Shown here: positions 1-12,272 of the stretch, piece by piece | Position numbering within the stretch: position 1 is the stretch's first letter | Layout: each line of letters begins with the position of its first letter | Assembly: GCA_964016885.1 (NCBI GenBank) | Contig: OZ024741.1 | Location: 136,710,001-136,774,000, forward strand | DNA length: 64,000 nucleotides | Reading direction: 5' to 3' | From: Eledone cirrhosa | Lineage: Eukaryota | Translations under genes and position numbers: made by a program | Notes under the pieces: model-generated | Databases searched by the model: none | What the model was told of the DNA's origin: nothing | Seen by the model: only the letters and a program-made list of their open reading frames with translations

Positions 1-610
1 TATATATGTGTAGGAAAGTGGTTCTATTAGTAGAAATGGGGAGGGTGTTGTAGGTGTGGGGGTTGTTATGTGTGTGTATGGGTGTTATGTGTGTGGGAGT
101 ATGGTTAGCATGTTAAGATGAAGAGAATATATATATATATATATATTGTGTGTGTGTGTATGTGTGTGTGTAGGAAAATGATTCCTTTAGTAGGAATATT
201 TTTGAATGAACATATTTTCCTGACTTTTTCGTGTTTGCTATTGTATTGCCAGTGCAAACGTATGTTTAAGGTTTATTTAGTTCGGGTTTTTATTTTCTAA
301 AGTAGAAGGTGTTATGTGTGTGTGTGTATGTCATATTGTGGTGTTGACATAATGTATATTAAACCTTATTTAATGTTGGTCTATATTTTTGAATAAACAT
401 ATTTTCCTTATTTATTCGCATTTGTTCTGTTGTATTGTTAGCGCAAAGGTAAAATGGGAAGACTTGGAATTTGGGTGTCTTATTACTTGCGCAAATGTCT
501 AGATGTGCACTTAGTGGTATCTGTCTCGTGGTTGGATCTCGTAATTGTTGGCGATGAACTGTCATTCTGTTTCTGAGTGTGAGTTTAGTTTGTCCTATAT
601 AATCTTCATT
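1..610 (-). mobile_element. Inverted copy of the 3' end of Penelope-like element PLE1 (continues beyond window start)
   Basis: 1-610 is the near-exact reverse complement of ~1680-2290. ORF 359..718(-) ends in the same C-terminal peptide (EDYIGQTK...KYRPTLNKV) as ORF 747..1931. Confidence 0.95.
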
Positions 611-1931
611 CTGGCTAGAGAAATATCCCAATGAGATACCTGACAGAATAGAAAAAAGCTTCATCACCGAGGGATTAAAATTCATCCTACAGAACAACTT
701 TTTTGATTTCGATGGCAATACTTACAAGCAAATATCGGGGATTGCGATGGGCACAAAAGCCGCTCCAACTTATGCCAACTTAGTCATGGCATACTTAGAA
801 GTCCAGATATATGAACAGTCCAAATCAAAATACGGATTGAACTTCCACAAATATTTATCAGAGAATTGGAAACGCTACTTGGATGATTGCCTCATTCTTT
901 GGTCCCACACACTCGACCAACTGAAGGATTTCAAAAACTTAATAAACGGCATCAATAACCACATCCAATTCACAATGGAATACAGCCAAGATCAACTCCC
1001 ATTTCTGGACATCTTAATCACAAAAAAAGACACAAATATCGAAACTGACATACACTACAAACCAACAGATTCCAAACAATATCTGCTATTCACCTCCAAC
1101 CATCCAAAGCACACGAAGACGAACATTCCTTTTAACCTAGCAAGAAGAATTTGCACAATTGTCTCCAATTATGAAACGCGAAATAAAAGACTTCAAGAAT
1201 TAAAGGAAATTCTACTTGAGAGAGAGTACCCACTATTACTAATAAATAATGGAATAGAAAGGGCTAAAGCAATAGGCATTGATGAATTACGGAAACAGAA
1301 ACAAATTCAAGGTACGTCCAATATTCTATCATATATCTCAACACACAACCCAAGAAATGCGGAAGCTTACAACACTATTCACAATAACATCCCACTACTA
1401 AAACAAAACCCAAGAATGAAAAAAGCCCTTGAAACACACAAAATAATCAAAAGCAAAAGACAACCAAAATCACTGAAAACATTACTCACCAATGCCAAAT
1501 TACCTACCACAAACCCACAACCAAGTATCAAAAGATGTGGTCACTCTAATTGTGGAACCTGCACTCACCTCATTGAAGGCAACACGTATACATTTAAATC
1601 AGGACAAAATTTTACTGTAAAAAATCACTTCACTTGCTCATCAAAAAATCTAATTTATGCCATTAAATGTAAAGGGTGCAATGAAGATTATATAGGACAA
1701 ACTAAACTCACACTCAGAAACAGAATGACAGTTCATCGCCAACAATTACGAGATCCAACCACGAGACAGATACCACTAAGTGCACATCTAGACATTTGCG
1801 CAAGTAATAAGACACCCAAATTCCAAGTCTTCCCATTTTACCTTTGCGCTAACAATACAACAGAACAAATGCGAATAAATAAAGAAAATATGTTTATTCA
1901 AAAATATAGACCAACATTAAATAAGGTTTAA
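609..1931 (+). CDS. 5'-truncated Penelope-like RT + GIY-YIG endonuclease (PLE1)
   Basis: Frame open from 609 (FWLEKYP...). It contains GIAMGTKAAPTYANL, RYLDD, LPFLD, a CxxxxCxxC linker (CGHSNCGTC), NLIYAIKCKGC...YIGQT...R..H and a terminal E..FI....P.LN. Confidence 0.95.
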   Translation, partial: FWLEKYPNEIPDRIEKSFITEGLKFILQNNFFDFDGNTYKQISGIAMGTKAAPTYANLVMAYLEVQIYEQSKSKYGLNFHKYLSENWKRYLDDCLILWSHTLDQLKDFKNLINGINNHIQFTMEYSQDQLPFLDILITKKDTNIETDIHYKPTDSKQYLLFTSNHPKHTKTNIPFNLARRICTIVSNYETRNKRLQELKEILLEREYPLLLINNGIERAKAIGIDELRKQKQIQGTSNILSYISTHNPRNAEAYNTIHNNIPLLKQNPRMKKALETHKIIKSKRQPKSLKTLLTNAKLPTTNPQPSIKRCGHSNCGTCTHLIEGNTYTFKSGQNFTVKNHFTCSSKNLIYAIKCKGCNEDYIGQTKLTLRNRMTVHRQQLRDPTTRQIPLSAHLDICASNKTPKFQVFPFYLCANNTTEQMRINKENMFIQKYRPTLNKV

Positions 1932-2953
1932 TATACATTATGTCAACACCACAATATGACATACACACACACACATAACACCTTCTACTTTAGAAAATAA
2001 AAACCCGAACTAAATAAACCTTAAACATACGTTTGCACTGGCAATACAATAGCAAACACGAAAAAGTCAGGAAAATATGTTCATTCAAAAATATTCCTAC
2101 TAAAGGAATCATTTTCCTACACACACACATACACACACACACACAATATATATATATATATATATTCTCTTCATCTTAACATGCTAACCATACTCCCACA
2201 CACATAACACCCATACACACACATAACAACCCCCACACCTACAACACCCTCCCCATTTCTACTAATAGAACCACTTTCCTACACACATATATATATACAC
2301 ACACACAAAATATATATTCTCTCTATCTAACATACTCGCACACACACACATAACACACAACTCCCTCCCCCATCTCTACTAATAGAATCATCTTCCAATA
2401 CACACATACACACACACACACACACACATACACACACACAAGCACACAAATAAACACATATCTTCAGTCTCAATAGAAAATCTGAACTCTGACACCTGAA
2501 CTCTGACAGCTGGCCATATTCACTGAACCAGAACATTTCTCCCAATCCCTTTTCCCTTGACCACTATCTCTCCATTGTCATAACATTCACTATAAAGACT
2601 ACAGAATAGTTTTCCAAATAAGGGCGCAAAAATGGAATGAAAACTTGTTCACGTGACAGCCAAATTTCATTTATAACCAACCAAAAAAAAGCCTTCGTGA
2701 GCCTCATTTTTTCAAGTAAAAAGAAATTCAAACACTCATATATGAAAAAACAACCTGTGACAAACCCCTCCCCTCTCTTATTTGAAGAACTATTGTAACG
2801 CGAACTGGCGCGAAATGTATTATAATTATTGACAAACCAATCAAATTACTTCTCGAAAAACCTGGTTTTCGAGCCACTTTTTCCATATAAAACAAGTAAC
2901 ATTTAGAGACCAACCAGATGTGAGAAAAACCACAGACCCTCCATCTCAACTCA

Positions 2954-2991
2954 CCTTTTGAAAAGCAGAAGAACTGCGAAACCGGTAAAGG
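2954..2991 (+). ncRNA. Minimal type I hammerhead ribozyme, U3-A8 core variant
   Basis: CCTT-TTGAAAA-GCAG aagaa CTGC-GAAA-CCGG-TA-AAGG: stem I, stem II, palindromic stem III (ACCGGT), GUA triplet. Confidence 0.8.
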
Positions 2992-3060
2992 AACCAAATA
3001 AATATATATATATTTTTTTTAAATAAGACTTCAGTTGCATTTTCGATTTCATCCCTTTTT

Positions 3061-3142
<82 letters not shown>

Positions 3143-3219
3143 TCAGCGGCTTTTCAAAAATCTAACTAACAGTCTTATTCTATTTAGTCAAATACGACGT
3201 AAGCACATCTTACTACCTA

Positions 3220-3220
<1 letters not shown>
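3143..3220 (+). repeat. ~80-bp TA-embedded micro-element, copy 1
   Basis: Similar to 4003-4085 and 6113-6195 (tcag..ggcttt..aaaatc..actaacag..attcaaatac..gtaagcacat..ctacctaat). Confidence 0.8.
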
Positions 3221-3263
<43 letters not shown>

Positions 3264-3274
3264 GTGTGTGTGTG

Positions 3275-3315
<41 letters not shown>

Positions 3316-3316
<1 letters not shown>

Positions 3317-3985
3317 GACAAACTATCGGTTCTCTCCGCCTTCTCACTCAACGTTAAAACCAATGTAGGAAAACAATTTCTAGCCCTCTTAGATAGACAC
3401 TTTCCCATAGGTCATAAATACCGCTCCATCTTTAACCGACACAAAGTTAAACTAGGATACTCCTGCGCTATACTCAGGTATAGACTACTCCATTCAATGG
3501 AAAGCCATCACTAAGTCCAAGCCATGCGCAAGTGGAAATCCGTCGTATGGCTTATGTATTGACGAACGAATAACTATTCTAAAGAGATTATGCAATAGTG
3601 ATTGCCTAAACACGAGAAATGAATTTTTCACACGTTGTCCACAAGTCACCAAACACCTATTGCATAACTACAAAGCACCGGATTGAATCATTGTAATTTT
3701 CTTATCAACTAAAAACTTTTCGGACCGTCGCAGTTATCTCCCTTACACCTCTCGCACGCATTCTAGTATTGCCTGTGTGAAGTGACCGGGTTTCTGCGCA
3801 TGCGCGTTCGTACGGTTGTCCTTCCTGTTCCTATAACCATGTCCATTACGAGCTGAGAATCCGCTAAGGTGAAACAATTGTTCTTGGTATGGTGAACTAA
3901 CTATTGTGTAACCACTTCTACCTAACTCGTCCCTTGGACTGAGTGCTCTACCACTACGGATATTAACTTCCAGTGTTCCACCACT
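3316..3985 (+). mobile_element. Degenerate PLE 3' remnant with degenerate HHR
   Basis: Peptides [39 protein letters not shown] and LCIDER.TIL...CLNTRNEF..RCP.VTKHLL resemble PLE thumb and C-terminal regions. HHR-like 3849-3886 (CGAG-CTGAGA...GAAACAATTGTT-CTTG) has a core 1 nt short. Confidence 0.7.
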
Positions 3986-4002
3986 ATATATATATATATA
4001 TT

Positions 4003-4085
4003 CAGATGGTTTTTTTAAAATCCCAATTAACAGACTAATTATATTTATTCAAATACTGCGTAAAAACATGCTGCTACCTAATCTA
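4003..4085 (+). repeat. ~80-bp TA-embedded micro-element, copy 2
   Basis: Similarity to 3143-3220 and 6113-6195. Confidence 0.8.
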
Positions 4086-4102
4086 TCTATGTATATATAT
4101 AT

Positions 4103-4466
<364 letters not shown>

Positions 4467-4499
4467 GTATGTATGTATGTAAGTATGTATGTATGTAAG

Positions 4500-4934
4500 A
4501 GTCAATGGCCATCCAAAATCACTGGGAGAGATGACACCTTATCTTTTGTCAAGGCAGAATTCTAGGAGAAGGAAAACTCTGATATAACACCTGCAACCCT
4601 GATGGTATCCAATGATGGTGACTTGTTCTTCTTTTTGGTAAATATCATCTTGGTTAAGAGAGTGGGACTGGCTTTGTGCCGTGCCTTTGCTCACTATAAA
4701 AGCTTCACGGCACAGGCATTGCTTTATATCTGGAGATCTCTCTGCACTTGTTGTCACATGGTACCATGGGCCCAGCACTATGTGTCAATAATTGTCACAA
4801 GTGTAGTGTTTGTAACAGAGTTTTCAAGTCGCTGGCTGGTCTAAAAAGCCACACTCGTTCAGCGCATCGGTAGGGGTTCTCCTACATGGATATAAAGTAG
4901 TGGCCGCACTCGAAAACGAGTTGGCAGCCACCAC
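4500..4934 (+). mobile_element. Internally deleted RTE derivative (5' UTR-like part + C2H2 zinc-finger 3' end, (TATG)n tail)
   Basis: 5' part (aaatcactgggag...tgtcaaggca...ctaggagaagg) resembles 14120-14230. 3' part encodes [22 protein letters not shown], like the RTE C-termini elsewhere in the window. Confidence 0.55.
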
Positions 4935-4950
4935 GTATGTATGTATGTAT

Positions 4951-5009
<59 letters not shown>

Positions 5010-5018
5010 AACACACAC

Positions 5019-5112
<94 letters not shown>

Positions 5113-5117
<5 letters not shown>

Positions 5118-6059
5118 AGACGTAAGATAAGAAAATTATAAAATTAACTTACTTACTAAAATATCACTTCCAACTAATTAGTTTCTGGAATGGAGTAGAT
5201 ACATCTTCCGAAGAAGGTGTAAAGAAACATCCCGTCATCAGGAAAGTCTATTCTCATATAAGTTTCCAGGCAAAGCGAGGACTCAGGAAGCTTATTAAAA
5301 AATAAATCAGTGAATAGGAAATAGCAAAGCGTGGACTTACTTCCTAGCCATTGAGAAAATCACTGCCTCTGTGTCTATGGCAAATTCAAAAAGAATCGAA
5401 CACGTGACATCGAGGTCAATCGGTGGAAAGTGGGTTGTTAATAAGACAGCGGCCAGCCTACTATCGTAGCAGCAGTCATGGCCAGTATTGCTCGACAAAT
5501 ATTTTGGAGATAATAATAAAGAATTTATATCTAGTAACATATATATACAAATGCATATCGATGCTAGCAAATATATAGGTTTTGTCTTAATAACATTGTG
5601 GTTCAATGCATGGGGTTATTTACAACCCACTTTCCACCGATTGACCTCGATGTCACGTGTTCGATTCTTTTTGAATTTGCCACAGACACAGAGGCAGTGA
5701 TTTTCTCAATGGCTAGGAAATAAATCCACGCTTTGCTATTTCCTATTCACTGATTTATTTTTTAATAAGCTTCCAGAGTCCTCGCTTTGCCTGGAAACTT
5801 ATATGAGAATAGACTTTCCTGATGACGGGATGTTTCTTTACACCTTCTTCGGAAGATGTATCTACTCCATTCCAGAAACTAATTAGTTGGAAGTGATATT
5901 TTAGTAAGTAAGTTAATTTTATAATTTTCTTATCTTACGTCTCTTATATTATTGTTCTGCAACCCCATGCATTGAACCACAATGTTATTAAGACAAAACC
6001 TATATATTTGCTAGCATCGATATGCATTTGTATATATATGTTACTAGATATAAATTCTT

Positions 6060-6065
<6 letters not shown>
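5113..6065. mobile_element. Non-coding HHR element H2: two opposed, circularly permuted arms in (TA)n
   Basis: 5113-5440 is the reverse complement of ~5622-5947, and 5514-5618 is the reverse complement of 5961-6065. HHRs at 5813-5894(+) and 5166-5247(-). Confidence 0.9.
5813..5894 (+). ncRNA. Type I hammerhead ribozyme with extended stem II
   Basis: ACTTTC-CTGATGA-(GGGATG...CATTCC)-GAAA-CTAATTAG-TT-GGAAGT; palindromic stem III. Identical inverted copy at 5166-5247. Confidence 0.8.
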
Positions 6066-6112
<47 letters not shown>

Positions 6113-6115
<3 letters not shown>

Positions 6116-6195
6116 AGATGGCTTTTTAAAATCCCAACTAACAGACTAATTCTACTTATTCAAATACGGCGTAAGCACATGTCACTACCTAATCT
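6113..6195 (+). repeat. ~80-bp TA-embedded micro-element, copy 3
   Basis: Similarity to 3143-3220 and 4003-4085. Confidence 0.8.
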
Positions 6196-6213
6196 ATATA
6201 TGTATATATATAT

Positions 6214-6290
<77 letters not shown>

Positions 6291-6309
6291 GGAGGAAGTT
6301 TAGGCGTTA

Positions 6310-6720
6310 GGCCTCTTCTTATCGTGTCCACAGGAGTGTCAGCTACAAAGCTTGGCTAGATGTGGTTCTGCCACAGCTTACTACATTTGTCCTTTCTCAT
6401 TAAACTTTGCCAAGTCCAATGCTATGAAGGGGAGTTCCAGCAGGGGGCATATCAGGAAGTGCTGCGTAGTGTGCGGTTCGAAACCGCAGTCATACACAAT
6501 GCCTCCATTCTTTAAATATCCACATTTTACCAGATTGACTTTTGCACGACCATCACCAGATCTTAATCTGTTTAGGCATTTCCACATTGCATAGTTTGTA
6601 TCTGCTCTGGGAGATAGTGCCTCGCTCGCCTTTAGCTCCATTGTTGTTACAGATTGGAGGTTGTTAAGTTGTTATTTCCAGCAAGTGACTCTTTCACTAT
6701 TTTAGGCATTAGGCTATCCA
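6310..6720 (-). mobile_element. Vingi/Ingi-like LINE 3' fragment
   Basis: WKCLNRLRSGDGRAKVNL..CGY....DCG..P.TTQHFLICP C-terminal motif (ORF 6381..6641). Confidence 0.6.
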
Positions 6721-7759
6721 CCCAGCACTGAAATACTACAACCGCTAAAAAAAACAGCAAAGGGATCTCCACAAGAATCCCAGCCCAAGGAAAAGATAGT
6801 AGAGATCTTCCACATTTGAAGGATTTTTAATAAAAGTGGCATGGATGTTCTAGAACCCGTTGCATCACTTTTGAATAGATTTTCTAGGTAACAAATAAAA
6901 TAACTCAACGTTTAATTCACCACGAAGGAAATATATATTGCAGTTACAGCATTTTGTATAGGAACATAACTTAAGGTAGCCAAGAAAAAAAAACAAAAAA
7001 AAACGCAGCGTTAAAAAGACTAGAAAAGTATATTAATCTGTTCCATGAGGAAAAAAAACCTGAAGGAGGATATTATAAGAATCTCCATAAGAATCTCCAT
7101 TAGAAAATCCGTAAGAAAATCTTTTGGAAAACAGAAACTACTGCAAATGTAAACACATATGATAACAATGGAAGCATGAAATAAATATAGTTGACATTTC
7201 TGCATTAGATTTTATGTATTATCATTTGTTAATCCTAATCTTTTTTATGAATAGAAAACCTATTTTAATGAACAGCCTGACAGGAAGCTAAAGAAATAAC
7301 CAAGTCAAACATTTTAATTTTTAAACATTTTCCTTTGTTTTTCATTTTACTTCCTTTCACGTGTTATCCGTTGCTACCAACCTTTTCTTATTATTATTTT
7401 CCTTCTTCTTCTTCTTCTTCTTCTTCTTCTTCTTCTCCGCCGCCTCCTCCTCCTCCTCCTCCTCCTCCTCCTTAAATGTATGTATTATGTCTTGATGTAT
7501 GACAAAGATTTATATATCTTGATTTGCTACAGTAGCAACAGTCCCTCACATCTAAATCAGACGTGCTTATATCAAAAGGCTTTAGGCCCTCGGACCACGG
7601 CCCAGCTGTATGCCTCGAAAACGAGTGTGTTAATCTATATCAGTGGTTAAAAAAAATTTTTTTTTTTATTCGTGGCACACTTTGTATCTAAAATTTATTC
7701 AAAACTGTTTTCAATCACAATAATACACCATGTGTGTTTATTTGTATGTATGTATGTAT

Positions 7760-8188
7760 ATCTCTTTCTCTTAATTTCGAGTATATTTTTTTGACCGGCC
7801 ACCTTCCTGGTGGCAAGGTTGTAAAAGAAAAGAAATTGTCATCCCTTGAATCGCAAGAATGTTTTGCAAATTTTGAAGTTGCCAGCTATCGCAGCCATAG
7901 ACTATGAATCAGGGAGCTGCACTTTTTGTCCGCAAATCCAAGTTCAGTCATACTTTGGTCCAAGCGGGTTGGTATATAACCCGTAGCTCCAATAATGATG
8001 AGTATGAAGCTAAAGGTGTATCTTGGATACTGGATTTGTAAACTCCTCATCAATGGTCCGTAGATGTCCTCCTTCTCCTGTATTTTTCTGACAACGTTTA
8101 CATCAAGTGGGCAGCTGATCTCCACAACAGAACACGTGTTCAATGTGTGGTCCCAAACAACAATATCAGGCCGGTTGTGCTTTAATTT
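7760..8188 (-). mobile_element. R4/Dong-clade RLE LINE 3' fragment flanked by (ATAC)n
   Basis: HNRPDIVVWD...VVEISCP...EKEDIYGPL...IIIGATG restriction-like endonuclease motifs. Confidence 0.85.
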
Positions 8189-8344
8189 GTATGTATGTAT
8201 GTATGTATGTATGTATGTATGTATATTCTTCTGGTTTTCTAATTTCACAAATTTTTACCAATAGAGAGAGAGTCGGTTTCTAACATAGATACAAGACCCT
8301 CTCATTGGAATTTACACATCAACTAGGTAGATATGTATGTATGT

Positions 8345-11300
8345 CTGCATGCATGTGTGTGCAGGTATGGATGTTATTGTATGTGTGGATGTGGATGTTT
8401 TGAGTTGTATGTGTGCATTTGTATATGCTTTGTATCTGTACAAGAGTATATGCAGTTATTATATGTAGAATTTTTGGAATGTTTTACATATGTTACTGTT
8501 CCATTAATGGATTGTACTTGTAATTTCCTAACTAGTGTTCTCTCTATTTCTGTGAAGCCCAGCTTCTCAAGATTTGTATTGAAGCAGTTGCTAACATATC
8601 CCAGTGCCCCAATAATCACAGGTATAAATCTGAAGGTATAGTCAGGGTGGAGTATCTGCAGATCTCTCATAAGTATTTTCCTTTTCACTAATCTTTGATA
8701 TTATATTGGCATCTGCTTGGCAGCTAACTTCCATTACTCTGCATGCCTTCTTTCCTCTGCCCCATATCATTACATCTAGTCTGTTATGCCTGCATTTTAT
8801 TGGAGGTTTTACTGGAACATTCCAGCAGTACTCTTTCATATTATGTACATGGATGTCTTCCACATTGCTGTAGCTTTTAATGTGTTTATTGTCGGGGCTA
8901 TCGTTTCTACGGATTGCATTGTACAGTGCTTTGGTCATTATATCATGTCTCATGGGTAGATAGTACCGCGATGACATCTTTAGACAGGTGCTTATGACAT
9001 GGGTGACAATTTCGATGTTAATTCTGCAGAGTCTGCACTTGTTGTCACACCTAGGTGTCTTTCCTGCATCCCTATCTCTTTTGCGAATCAGGTATTTTGT
9101 GTTGATTTCCTGTTCTTGGATTACAAAAGCGTATCCTTCAAAATGGTAGCCAATATAGCGGTTGTTGGTCCAAGATAAATTACTTTGCTTATCTATATTA
9201 CTCTCACTCTGGAGTTTCCTAGCAACATATCCATGCATGATTTTTTGCTGATAAGCATGCAGTTTTTCATCCATGGATTCACTGTGGTACTGCTGGGCAA
9301 TTTCCCTAGGTGTGAGTTTTTGATTATCATGCAGGGAATATCTTCCATGGAGTTCCTTCCCAACTCTCATGATCTTATCTGTCTCATGCAGATAGACTTG
9401 CTCGATAGATGGACTCCTACGCTTCGAGGTTCGTAAATGTTGTCGGAGGGATATGATGCTATACGCAAATGCTGTCTGGACTGATGTTAGGCCTCTGCCT
9501 CCCTACTTACGTTTCAAGTAGAGGCGGTCTATGTCACTGTTGATGTGGAAGTTTCCGGTGTTGTTTAGTATTTTTCGAGTCCTAACATCAATTGCTCTTA
9601 TTTCGTCTATCGTCCACTCGAGTATTCCAAACGTTGATGTTAGGACAGGTACAGCAAACACATTGTGAGCCATTGTTTTATTGTGCACAGAGAGTTTCGA
9701 TGACCATATTTTTCTTGATCGGGTGAAATATTCCCTGGTTACGCATTCCTTATTACAAATACCATTATAGGATATGTTCTCATCTGTCCCCAGGTATCTG
9801 TAGCAGTCCTCATCAGATATCGGTGAAACAGTTAGGCCATTGATGAAAATGTTACTAGATTGGGGTTTTTTTCCCGCTTTACAGTCATATATGAACATTT
9901 ATCTTGGCCAAACTCCATTCCTATATCCTTTGAGAATGTTGTAACCAGGTCAAGATTTTTCTTCATCCCATCTATGCTCTTGGCATAGAGTTTCAGGTCA
10001 TCTACAAAGAAATTATACGTTAAGTTCATATTTCTGTCCTCCTGTGAGCCAATGATGTATCCTTCACGTTTCTTGGGCAGAAAGGACAAGGGGTTAAATG
10101 ACAGGATAAATAGTATCACAGAGAGACTGTCTCCCTGAAATATACCCCTGTGATGTTCTATTTTATCAGTGAAAATAGAGTCCTCCTTCTCTGTTTTTAA
10201 CTTTAGGATACTAACCCAAGAAGAAGACAGCTTCTCTCTGGCTCTGACAATAATGTCTGGGACTTTAGCAAGTCGGAGGGCCTCTATCATCCAAGAGTGG
10301 GGAACAGAATCGAAAGCTTTCCTGTAGTCCAGCCAGACTGTAGCCATATTCCTCCTAAGTTGTCGCACCTCTGACATCGCAGTTTTGTTGATTAGGAGTT
10401 GTTCAGCACACACCCAAAGACCTTTCTTTCCAGCTGCTTGTCTGTGATGATGTTATTATTTTCACAGTGATCTTGGAGGAATAGATTCAGGCAGGCTGTA
10501 TACATCTTATACCTCAGGTTCTGACATGCAATGGGTCGGTAGTTTTTTTGCCAAATGGGTATCTTTGTTCTTGGGGACCAGTATTGTTTGTGCTAATGTC
10601 AACCATTCTGGTATATGTGTATCTCTCGTGAGAACTTGTTGGTAGAGGTCGATAAGATACATCCGATAGAATATCAGTTTTTTGTAGCAGTAGCCGACAA
10701 TCATGTCTTTTCCTAGTGTTTTATCTTGAAGTTTTCCAATCACAGTCACAAGGGTACCCTCATTTATTTCGTATGTTTTTGTTGTAGTGTAGGAGCAATA
10801 GTTTTTTTGGATTTCTTTTAGTCACACTGAGTCTTGGTTGAAATTCTTCTTTTCACCCCATAATTTTCTGCAGAAGGAATCTATGACTTTCTGTGATGGG
10901 GGCTCATTGACACTTATTATTTTGCCCTTCATATCTCTATAGATAGATGTTTGGTTTCGTCAGAATCTTTTATTGAGTACTTTTCTTTCATCTACCTTCT
11001 TCTGGTATCGACGTTTCTCGCTGACAGCTCTCAACTCTTGCTTGAGGGTGATCAGTTTATATTGGAGAGTTCTGGTTCTACTGTTACCAAACATGTTTCT
11101 ATTTTATTTTTCACTTTTTGTTGGTGAGGAGTGAAGTTTTTTTTGTTTTTGTTTGCATGTAAGGAGTATTGTCACATATCCTATGGTTTTTCGTGGGTCA
11201 GCAATCTTTTTTTCTATTTTAGTTCTATATGATTCTATTTTTGTGGTGTTTTGTTCTTGTTAATATCCCTGCTATCACCAAGATAATGCTTTGCTGTCGT

Positions 11301-11486
11301 TGCTAGGGCATATAAACAGGCGTTGATTTACCAAAATGTGGGGGTTTTAATCCGTCGTAAATATTTTGCGTTCAACAAACGTCGCTTGTTGGCATAATTG
11401 TTTCGCTGTGAAATGATTTAGCTCTGGATATATTTCTTCATAGTGTAGCTTCATTCTGTTCATATAGCCAACGGAGGGATTTTTTT
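8345..11486 (-). mobile_element. Degenerate near-full-length R4/Dong-clade LINE flanked by (ATAC)n
   Basis: Fragmented ORFs with WLDYRKAFDSVPHSW, GIFQGDSLS, FVDDLKLYA, YRYLG, CRLC...HVISTC...RHD and PVIIGALG. Many stops and frameshifts. Confidence 0.9.
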
Positions 11487-11709
11487 ATGTATGTATGTAT
11501 GCATGTATGCATGTATGTATGCATGTATGCATGTATGCATGTATGCATGTATGTATGCATGCATGTATGTATGTATGTATGTCTATGTTCCCGCGCATGA
11601 AAAAAACACACTTAGTGACACTCATATATACGAAACACACACTCACTCACACACGCACAAACATTCATGCATACAAACAAACACACACACGCCACTCACT
11701 TACACGCAC

Positions 11710-11798
<89 letters not shown>

Positions 11799-12272
11799 TC
11801 GTTTCTGAACTTGTTTAGCAAGATTCTTTATCTGAAATCGTGTGTTGAAACCGATATTGTTATACTTTGGGAGGGTCATGTTGCCAATAAGAAACACACG
11901 CACCAGTTGCTTTCACTTGAATTTATTATGTATTTATAAATTTATAAATTTACAAATCTACAAACTTATAAATTTCTGGTTGGTTAGTTGGTTCCACAAC
12001 CAGATAGTCGTTTATATATAGTCATAGTCCTTTCGTCACACACTCTGTGACCTCTTCAGTGACTGGGGATTCCTTTCTTTGTTTCTGTGCCTTTCCTTTC
12101 TTCTGTCCTATGCCATTTTGTTTCTGTGTGTGTGTTGTGTGCTCAGTTTGCGCATGCGCCACATCCGGGTGTCTGTGTGTGTTTGTGTTCATTTATCTAT
12201 TTGTTTATTTATTTATTTATTTATTGTTGGTTGGTTGTTTGTTCTATGTGTGTGTGTGTTTTCATTTTGTCC

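Larger units (their letters stand above)
609..3000 (+). mobile_element. Penelope-like element PLE1 (5'-truncated, ~1 kb 3' UTR ending in HHR then (TA)n)
   Basis: CDS above, CA-rich 3' UTR similar in style to PLE2, terminal hammerhead motif, (TA)n at ~3000. Confidence 0.85.

Noticed and set aside
11820-11910. SECIS-like element in the PLE3 3' UTR
   Set aside because: The ATGA..AA..GA arrangement does not pair into the SECIS stem, and the ORF has no in-frame TGA.
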